A stretch of 64,000 nucleotides of DNA from Azolla caroliniana (Eukaryota; Plantae; Polypodiophyta), in contig JBHGNT010000004.1 in the NCBI GenBank assembly GCA_043228905.1, positions 10,602,001-10,666,000 of the forward strand. The letters run 5' to 3'. The translations under genes and the position numbers were made by a program. Shown piece by piece: positions 54,621 through 64,000 of this stretch (positions are counted from its first letter, which is position 1; each line of letters begins with the position of its first letter). Under the pieces are notes generated by a model. The model ran no database searches and had not been told where the DNA came from. It saw nothing but the letters and a program-made list of their open reading frames with translations.

Positions 54621-56729
54621 ATAGCGCTAAGACAAAGAAAGAGAGACAATTGAAAGGGAAATATTGTATTGTAGAGTAAAATGGATTGCAAGGAGTAGGC
54701 AACAGAGTGTTACAAAATGGCGTTGAACCGACTTAGGTTTGGGATGATTCATAGATACCTATTTATAAGTAATAGAGAACACTCTAGAATATTCTAGGTC
54801 ATCCTAGAATGTAAAGTGATCTAGAAGGTTTCTAGAGTAGTCTAGAAGGTTCTAGTGTATGGAACACTCTAGAATATTCTAGGTCATTCTAGAATGTAGA
54901 GTAATATAGAATACTCTTATGATATTAGATTATATATTCTAAAAACTACACATATAAGAATATTAATACAATGGTTAAAGATTTGACAGGTGTACAACAA
55001 GGTCGTGGGTTCAAACCCTTTCGAGGCATGATGTCAGTGTCATCCTGACACAAGGATGAACATCCTCCCGTCCCTACGCACGCGCACTTATCGGGCCTTC
55101 TTCCTCTATGAAGCACCCAAGGTGCGTGAACTGGACCTGCATCCCCTAGTCGACGATCTGCCCGACTGACACCAGGTTCTTTGTGATTGTCGGAACATGT
55201 AGTACGTTCATCAACTTTCCCTTTTGTTTGATATGGCTTAAAGGGACTTCTTCGACATACACGATCGGGTGAGGAGTGTCGTCTCTGGTTTCGACAACTC
55301 CCGGTTGCTCCGGCTTTTCCAAAAATGAGAACCACCCTTCATGGCTCGTCATGTGGTTAGACGCTTCGGAGTCAACATACCATAGTTCCTCCAATTTGTA
55401 AGTGATCTTCTTCATCGAGTTCACCTTGTGCTTCATCACAAAGGCTGGCCCTTTTTCGGTCTTATCGGTTCCGGATACCTCTGATCCTTCAGCATAGTGC
55501 GAGCTTTGTCGGTTCCCTTGTCCGGCCTTGCCGAATCCAGATTTATCCGAATCGGCACGCTTCTTCTAGCATTCGCTTTCTCGAAGGCCTTTCTTGCCAC
55601 ATTACCAACATTCCGTGTCGGTTTTCCCTTGCCTGTTTCCGGCGCTGCCTTGACTCCCCCTGCTAGTGAGTGGAGGGTCTAGAACAGTTCTCGGCACTAT
55701 CTCTGTGCCCCCGGTTTTGCTTTGGTCGGCCACCTGCATTGTGTGCCGATCCACCTCGTCCTCCACGTCCACGGGGCCGATCCACCTCCGTGTACAACAT
55801 CCGGTTGTCTGATTCAGTGGTCCTGACCCACTCGTGTGTGGTTTTCTTCGACCATGAGCATCGATTGCAGGTCGAAGAAGGACAGTGGTTTCTCTCGGGT
55901 GAGGATAGCGGTTCGGATGGGCCCGTACCTTTGATCTAGACCACTGAGGCAAATTTGCACCATTTTGTCGTCGTCTATCGTGACGTCAATGGACCCTAAT
56001 GCGTCACAAATCTCCTTTATCTTCGTGGTGTAGTCTGAAACTGACATATACTTTTTTCGGATATTGTTCACTTTTTGCCGAAGTTGTAGCTTGTGGGCTA
56101 AGGTACTTGCGGTGAAAATCTTTTTCAGATTTTCCCAGACTTGGTTAGGCGTCTTAGCATCTCTAATGTAGTTGATCATCTGGTCGTGCACAAAGTATGC
56201 AAGGCAATATAGAACTCTGCTTGCCCCTTGTTCGCATGTTGGGAATTCCTTTTGTGACGACTCTGGCGCTATTTCATTCACACCCTCAACATAACTCCAA
56301 TATCCATGTCCAAGCAGATATTGGTGCATCTTGTATGACCAAGATGCATAGTGGTGTCTGTCCTACTTCTCTGTCAGAAGCGAGCTTGCCATACCTATGT
56401 CCATCTTTCGTAGTTTACCAGGTGTTAGGGTTTGTCTTCAGTAATCGCTCGTTGGCTGCGGAGGTTCTCAACCCTCGCGCTTTGATACCATGTCAAAGTT
56501 AATACGCGGAAGCTTTGACAAACCAATTTACCCAGATAGTAACATAAAACAGAGAATGAAGGTTTAATGGAAGCTTAAGAACAGAGAATACACATGAGAG
56601 ACAGAGAGAGCAGAAAGTATAAACTCAATTTAAAATAATAACACTCTGTCCATAGGATGTGCTCAGTGAGCACTCTTTATACAAGTCCACAAGGGACTGA
56701 CAGAAGTATTACGTACTTCAATGCTCATA

Positions 56730-59700
56730 AGAGTGGTTGAAACTAACTATGAGGACGATGACTACCTAGTAGTCTAGAAGCGTAGACCTCTAAACGGCCT
56801 ACCTATACACACATGGGTCCGACTCTCTAATTCGGCTCCCCGATCCCGATCCGGCTCCTGGTTCCGGATACGATGTGGCTCTAGCTTATCCAACCGATCC
56901 GGTGTCGTGAAGATTTTCATCCATAGGGGGAAAACGGGGTGGAATGGGCAAGTCGGTGGTGTGCAACATGTGCACACGTATACTAGGGAATGGTGTATAG
57001 AAATAAGATGGGAAATTTTATCCCACATTGTAAGGTCCCTCCCTCCTTGGGCCATAAAAGGAAGCGAGGGGTCACTTATGAAGGGGTTGCCTATTTTGCG
57101 TATGAAAGGTATACCACTTAGTCTAGAGTTCTTACCGTTTTAGGGTTCTTTATTCATCTTCAGTTAGGGTTTTCTCATAGTCGTTTGGTGCGGCCCACAC
57201 GGCCACCATTGTTGTAATCGTTCGTTTGTTTTAACATAACTTGTTGAGTTTCTTGCCTCCACCAATCTCTCCTTCTATGTCATGGTCTTATTCTTTCCTC
57301 TTCTCCTCTTGAGCTAAGCCTCCATATCATGTCTTATTCTTTCTCCTCTACTCCCTAATCCGAGACCCCCGTGGTCCCGCCCCTTCTACAAGCACGTGCG
57401 TAACAACGCAACATCTTTGGTGAACCCGACCTGAAGGGCGGAAAGGGAGCATGGAGATGGAAGAAGACTTCGACTTCGAGGAGATGATGGCAAAGATCGT
57501 GATGGAAGCCGGACGGAAGATGGCGAAGCGAGATGCGGCTCAACAAGCCGTCGAAAGGGTGGTCGATCGAGTCGGCCGGTTCAATGGGACCGAGGTCCAA
57601 AAATTTTTGGGAGCCTACAAGGCCGAGATGGCGAAAGGGGGTGTGGACGAGGCGATGCGGCTAGAGTATTTTCCTCAAGTGGCGGTCGTATCGGTGCACA
57701 AGGAGGTCAAGGAGCTACGAGAAGCTCATGAGTCGTGGGTGTCCTTTGAGGGAGCCCTTTGGAGGCGTACGGGTACACGGAACCGGAAGGGAGAGATCGA
57801 CCTGAGTTCGATCGGTGGGTGTCGTTGGCGAGGCGTCATCGGAGCGTGATGGAGGCATTCCGAGAGTTTGAGCGCCGTTTCTCGCAACTCTCAGAGCGAG
57901 ATCGGAGATCGGTGGGGGCGGACAAAGTCCTCTTTTTTTTGAAGACAATCCATCAAGAGGAGAGGACGGACATCTTATTCGAGCTTCAAGATGATTATGG
58001 AGCACATGGTCTCACCGAGGAGTGGTCCGAGGTGGAATGGGTGTGCCGGCAACATGATGCGAGGCGGTCGGCCACAACACGGCCCGCTGGCGGCAGAGAA
58101 GAGAGAGCGGCCAGTGAGTAAGCACTACCGCCGGAAGAGAGCTGAATGCAAAATGGTTCGGAGGAGCTCAACCTAGAAGCGCTAATACGGGAGGCATGCG
58201 AGCTTGTGAAGGGGAAAATCGAAGCCGAAGAAGGGCTTATTATGGAGTCAGGCCGGAGGCGATCGGAGGATGCAGAGGAAGAAGCCTCCCTAAGCGTAGA
58301 AGACGGGGCCTATACGGAGGCTAGGAGAGCGTACGACGGCGACATGGGAGAGGGTGCGGAGCAAGCAACCCTCTTGCCTTGCGGTGAAGGGACAGCCATG
58401 GAGGCCGGTAACTACGGATTCGGGACATGGTAGCCCGAAACATCGAGTCGGGAGAAGACAAGCGGCGGTGCCACGACCTTACACACACCGGCCCTAGAGG
58501 CTCCGGCGGACAGCCCGAGTGCCGACGTGAGACCTAGAGCGACGGGCGGCGGCGGCGGCAAGGCGGGCAACCGACACGACGACATGGAAGAGACGGCGGC
58601 AAGCGTAATCGAGGCTTGCGCGATCGGAGGCAGGGTAGCCACGGACAACGACGTTCGGACAGAAGCGGCTACGGACACAACGAGCGGCGGTGCCGGATCC
58701 ATACCCACACCGGTCCTAGAGGCTCCGGCGGTCGGCCCGAGTGCCGGCGTGAGACCTAGAGCGACGGGCGGTGGCGGGCAACCGAGACGACGACGAAGAT
58801 TGTAGCGGACGGAGGCAAGACCCCTCGACACCGGGGCCGGAGACTACGACGGCTGCACTTGAATGTCAACGTAAGACTGGAGAGAAGGGTGGTGGCCATG
58901 AGGAGGCGTGGCCCGGAGCGAACACATACGAAGATGAGGATGCGAGGCCCGGAACGGGCATATACAAGAGGACCGATGGAGAGGTCGGGAGCGGCAAACA
59001 GGAGAGAGTCGGGGGCCGACTCGACCAGAAGACGAAGCGGAAGAAGAGTGAAGTGGGGGCTGGTCCACCGGGCCCAAACCGAAAGAAGCTGGCAAGACCG
59101 GGATTGTTTGATCGACTCCTTACCGGCCGGTTATGGTTACGATGGGAGCCGGTGAGAGTGAGAAGGAGGCTAACCGGGCACGACGAGTACGGATCAGTGA
59201 GAGGTCGAGAGCAAGAGGGACCCTCCCCGCCTATTCTAGAGACTTCGGCAGTTGCGGATCAACATAAGACCGGAGAGACGGCAGGTGGCGGCGAGGAGTC
59301 GGAGACCAGAACGGACGAGGCTACCGGAATGGGTACTCGGTGTGTGAAGACGGACGAGCATTGCCAAGACGGCAAGCCGGAGTCGGAAGGGGCTACGGCA
59401 ACGAAGGACGAAGAGACCGACGCGGAGGTCAGGTCTACGGCGGATGACGCGCGTAATATGAAGTATGCACTACGGCGTAAAACGGAGCATGCTCTACAGC
59501 CACTCGAGGGCCAAGAAACGAGCATGTATTCAGAAGAGCCACAACGAGTGACCGGTGATAGCGGTCCGGTCGAGCCTTTGAGAGGCAAAAGCGCGGCGAG
59601 ATGCCGGGATCGGCGGATGGGCGGCGAGAGCGAAGGATGGTGCACGGAGAACAATGGGGTACATGCCGGGAAGAGAAGATGCGGCGGCTTCCCGGAGGGC

Positions 59701-62670
59701 ATGCAAGGCCAAGCGGGCCAAGAGGGCGCAAGTCGAGGCGAGGTGGTAACGAGAGCCTCGAGGGACACCGACACGGAGGTCGAGATGACGGTACGCTCTA
59801 CGGCAAGATGAGAAAGCACGGCGGGCAAAGGAGAATCAAGGAACGCGGAATGGGGTCGCCTAAGGGCCAAAGAATGAGCGCATATTCGGGGGACAACATC
59901 GGTGCATGGGAAGAGCCGACAGAAGGCAAGCGTGGAGCGGGAAGAGTCGACACACCGAGGTGTTGGGCATGCGGAGACGATAAAACCAAAGGAGTAACAT
60001 ACGCGGCACACAAAGGGCGGAATCCGGAGTGCGATCGGAGAGATCGGGAGTGCATCCGGAGGACATACATGGCGGACCAAGAGGGTGTACCTCGGGGCGA
60101 AGCGGCAACATCGGAGGTTGCAGAGGACACCGAGGACGAGAGCACTGGCACGGATGTTGGGGAAGCAACGTACCTTTTCGAAAGGGTACGCAGAGCAGAG
60201 CGGAGTGCGAGACGTGCGATGTGGCCGCGTAAGGGCCGAGCGACGAGCACGAGGATGATCGACGACGAAGTTCAGCGCGTGATAGTGCCGAGTCAAGGAA
60301 GCCACCGAGGCAAGACAAGCGTGGACGAAGAGCACACGGTGCAATATCCAGCAAACAGTCAGGAAGAACGAGGATTCGGTCCAAGATCGCGTGCGGAAAA
60401 CGAAGGAAGACAAAGAGAGGTGTGCGAAGACTGGGTTTGGCGGACCGGGCGGAGACAGTGGTTCGGTGAACTCCATCGAGTATGGTGGATCGGATGGAGG
60501 CGATGGTTCGAGAGCATACGATGAATATGGCAGACCGGGAGGCTACAGTGGTCCATGTGGGACGGATGGGCTTGCTCGAAGTGGAAGACGATGTCGGGCA
60601 AAGCTGACAAAGACGCTAAGGACTCGGTTGACCGCCATGGCCAAGAATCTCACCTCTTTCCCCTTCTTGGCACATACCGGTGGATGTGCGGTTTGGTGGG
60701 GGCGGATGTCGTGAAGATTTTCGTCCATAGGGGGAAAACGGGGTGGAATGGGCAAGTTGGTGGTGTGCAACATGTGCACACGTATACTAGGGAATGGTGT
60801 ATAGAAATAAGATGGGAAATTTTATCCCACATTGTAAGGTCCCTCCCTCCTTGGGCTATAAAAGGAAGCGAGGGGTCACTTATGAAGGGGTTGCCTATTT
60901 TGCGTATGAAAGGTATACCACTTAGTCTAGAGTTCTTACCATTTTAGGGTTCCTTATTCATCTTCAGTTAGGGTTTTCTCATAGTCGTTTGGTGCGGCCT
61001 ACACGGCCACCATTGTTGTAATCATTCGTTCGTTTTAACATAACTTGTTGAGTTTCTTGCCTCCGCCGATCTCTCCTTCTATGTCATGGTCTTATTCTTT
61101 CCTCTTCTCCTCTTGAGCTAAGCCTCCATATCATGTCTTATTCTTTCTCCTCTACTCCCTAATCCGAGACCCCCGTGGTCCCGCCCCTTCTACACGCATG
61201 TGCGTAACAATGCGACACCGGATCCGGTTGATCTTGTTCGCTCAACAAATTTCTAGTTCTCTGAATCCCAGAGCCTGTAAATTCCCCATCGGTTCCATAA
61301 CCGAGAAATGTACACTTCAGTGCATGGGGTGCCAACTTGGTCCTTTTGTCCCTGGGGATGAATGCATAGGCTTCACATCTGAATATACAGAATCTGTCAT
61401 AGGTCAATTGTTTGCCTGACCATAGTGCATGTTGCACTTCGAGCTTGATTGCTTTCGATGGCGAGAGATTTATCAGGTAGATAGCTGTCTACAATGCTTC
61501 GGCCCGGAATTCCAGCTTTTGTTCCGTTCCGCCACTCCATTCTGCATGGGTGTGTAAGGAACGCTCTTTTGGTGCCAGATCCAAGTACAGTTTGAAGGCT
61601 CGGGGGGTACTGTATTCTCCTCCAATGTCAGATCGGAGTGTCTTCACTCGGTATCCTGATAGGTTCTCCACTTTAACTGTCCACCGAGTGAAGAACTCGA
61701 ACGCTTCGTCTTTCAACCTAATCGAGTAGGCTCAAACCTTCCGTGTACAATCATCTACAAATGTGATGAAGTACCGAGAAACTCCAAATGACCTTTCAGG
61801 CATCAGTCCACATATATCTGTGTGGAACAATTCAAAGGGTTGTTGTACCATCTCATATTGGAGAGAGTGCGAACTTCAGGTTTGTTTCCCGTAACGACAA
61901 TGCTCACAAAAGTCCGTCTTTGTGTATAGTTTCGGGATGTAATCGATTGCCATCATCCAGTCCAATCCGGCTTGAGACATATGGCCGAGTCGACCATGCC
62001 ATAAGTTCAAGTCCCACGATTCAGCTATGTTCACTACCCCTTATGGATTGATCACCATCAATGGGTACAAGTTATTGTACTTGTATCTGTTCTCAATTTT
62101 TAGATTTCCTTGGCTGATTGTCCATAATGACTCACTAAGAATCGTTCTGTACCCATCTTCAACTAACATGCCGATGGAGACCAAACTCCTTTTCAGCACG
62201 GGTATGTACCGGACTTGGTCGACTGGTGACCAATTTTTCTACAATGGGTGCAAAAATCACTTGATCGACTATTCCTCGACCTTTGACCGTTGTCGGTCTC
62301 CCCTCTTTCTTGGTCGACTGGTGTTCCAACCGGTTCTTTCGACTTGTTCTCTTGATCGGCTGAATCGCTCGATCAACTTGGTCAAGTGGTGGGCTTCTGC
62401 CGACTCATCGATGGTAAGTCCTAAGGACTTTCGTTGAATGTCCTCGATGAGGACTTGTCCGATTGTTTCATCTAGATTTAGATTCGGACAACTATTGGCA
62501 AAGGTCGTGCAGAATACCTCCCAACTCGCCGGCAACCTCGAGATGAGGGCAAGGGCTTTGACTTCTTCTTTGAAGTTAATCCCTTGGGAGGAGAGTTCAG
62601 ATAACACCCAGTTGAAGGTGTTAATGTGGGAGGTTGTTGCATCCGTCTCTCTCATCTTCATGTTGAATAG
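56730..62670 (-). mobile_element. Decayed Copia (Tnt1/Tork-like) gag-integrase fragment, interrupted by the 56903-61217 element and cut by the LTR at 62671
   Basis: LFNMKMRE..HINTFN..ALALISRLPASWE, VKTLRSDIGGEY, RTKLAPHALKCTFLGYG. Confidence 0.8.
56903..61217 (+). mobile_element. Non-autonomous gag-only LTR element (LTRs 56903-57413 and 60707-61217, 511 bp)
   Basis: TGTCG..CGACA ends, 4-bp TSD CCGG, PBS TGGTGAACCCGACCTGA (57418-57434, tRNA-Trp-like), frameshifted gag-like 57451-58121, PPT GGTGGGGGCGGA. No PR, RT or INT motifs seen. Confidence 0.9.
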
Positions 62671-63975
62671 TGTTGGGAATATGTCCCTCAAGTGGGAGGA
62701 GCCGACTGTTCGGGCCTAGAAGAGACAACAGTCGAAGACAAGGAGGAGCCGACTGTTCGGGTCGAGTACCAAGAGTGAAAGAGTCAATAGTAGAGAGTCG
62801 GTTGATTAATTATCGATTATTATTATAGTTATAATAATAATAATAGTAACGATGTGTAGTAGGGGCTACACCTGTAAATAGCCCATATGATGTATGAGTA
62901 TAAATACATCTAGGGAAAAACATAGAGATAGAGTTGAACAGAATAAGGTATTAGCCTCTATTATCCGAGAGTGAGAGAAAAGAACGAGAGAGAGGTGCCA
63001 TAGTTGTGTTCGTAATAGTAAACGCCAAGAGCCTTGTGAGGTTGATACACTCCATAGTCAAGAGAGTGTTATCGTGAAGATTTCCGACTATAGTGTGAAA
63101 CTAGGGTGGAATAGGCCAAGTCGGTGGTGTGCAACGTGTGCACATGTATAGTAGGAAACGACGTATAGAATAAAGGGGAGTATTTGTCCCACATTGTAAA
63201 GCCCTCCCCTCCTTGGTCTATAAAAGGAGGGAGGGGTCCCTTGTTGAGGGGTTGCCCATTTTGAGTCATGGGGGTATACCATTTTTGTCGAGGGTCTTTT
63301 TGTTAAGAGTTTTCTAGGGTTAGTAACATCCTGTTCTTCTTCTTCTCCTCCTTCTTGAGAAGTCGAGGCGTTGCAGCCATGGCGGCAAAGCTGTTAGGGC
63401 TAACTTCTTTTCTTCTGAGCGTACCCGGCTCGAAGCCGGGGTTGTATCTTTCCCCTTTGTAATATATACACTTATATCTGTTTGTGCGTATTGGTGTTTC
63501 TGATGGTGTCAGGAGCATAGACCCTTTCGTTTCCTATGCATAAGAGTCGACGTCGCACGCATGCCCTTTTCTCTCTCTCTCTCTCATGTTCGGTTGCCTC
63601 CGGGTCATGTTCGGAGTCAGTTTTCTTCGCATCCCTTTTCTCTCTCTCTCTCTCATGTTCGGTTGCCTCCGGGTCATGTCCGGAGTCAGTTTTCTTCGCA
63701 TCCCTTTTCTCCCTCGTCCGAGACCCCCATGGTCTCGCTCCTTCTACATGCACGCGCGTAATAACGCGACAGTGTGGTAATATTCTCCCTTGTACATCCA
63801 CTGTATAGTGAAGACGTCTTCTTCCGTGGTTTTTTCTCCCGTTTTGGGGTTTCCACGTAAATCTATGTGCACTGTACTTTCTATTCATCTTGTTGTTTTT
63901 CTATTTTGAGTTGTGTATTTTCAGCATATCTATTGTGGATTGACGATCTGATTCACATCAAACTAGTATCGGAGC
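62671..63975 (+). mobile_element. 5' LTR (62671-63960, interrupted) and degenerate tRNA-Met PBS of a Copia element running off the window
   Basis: Starts TGTTGGGAATATGTCCCTC (same family end as 12401 and 40851). Contains GGGTTTCCACGTAAATC. PBS TAGTATCGGAGC at 63964. Confidence 0.75.
63070..63771 (+). mobile_element. Solo LTR related to the 56903 family, with a ~70-bp internal tandem duplication
   Basis: TATCGTGAAGATTT...ACGCGACA with 4-bp TSD GTGT. Shares GGTGGTGTGCAAC.TGTGCAC and TCCCACATTGTAA blocks with the 56903 LTR. Confidence 0.85.
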
Positions 63976-64000
63976 TTGAGGTGCAAGCATGAAAGGAGGT

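Larger units (their letters stand above)
44188..55050 (-). mobile_element. Decayed chromovirus-type (Tcn1/Tf1-sushi-like) Gypsy element; LTRs 44188-44657 and 54559-55050
   Basis: TSD CAAGG. Gag, PR LLDSGA, RT ([32 protein letters not shown]), RH, INT, chromodomain remnant (DRTWEPAANL), PPT GAAGTAGGGGGACAG. No tRNA PBS. Confidence 0.93.
42950..56730 (-). mobile_element. Truncated Copia (partial 5' LTR 56491-56730, PBS, gag-PR 56400-55056, INT 44179-42950) hosting the chromovirus
   Basis: PBS TGGTATCAAAGC. The protein closely parallels the 34272 element. GRMFI|LDTND is split by the insertion with TSD CAAGG. Confidence 0.9.

Noticed and set aside
58412-60714. Overlapping ORFs on both strands as separate genes
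   Set aside because: GC-rich low-complexity sequence depleted of stops; no recognisable domain.

Overview
Eukaryotic land-plant nuclear DNA. A non-seed plant such as a fern is inferred from the retrotransposon lineages and the microsatellite-rich introns; this is not proven. Two convergent host genes lie in the middle: a group IId WRKY transcription factor (+, 18480-21459) with a six-copy 35-36 aa internal repeat, and a divergent alpha-tubulin (-, 27712-24834) lacking the C-terminal Tyr. Deeply nested retroelements flank them. (i) A young non-chromovirus Ty3/Gypsy element (1615-11411; LTRs identical by eye; TSD GATTG) carries a large extra coiled-coil ORF3, and a decayed homologue of that ORF lies at 1-480. 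(ii) A LINE is interrupted by a full Copia element and a solo LTR. (iii) A Copia contains a chromovirus, which contains another Copia. (iv) A gag-only LTR element with a tRNA-Trp PBS and 4-bp TSD is present, plus many fragments. The most striking signal is the chromovirus LTR: an antisense tRNA-like A/B-box module, an array of heat-shock-element-like motifs, a TATA box and a Tf1-type self-primer. The tRNA-like module sits at the same position in a second, diverged LTR (1141-1614). All coordinates and comparisons were read by eye; no database search was possible.
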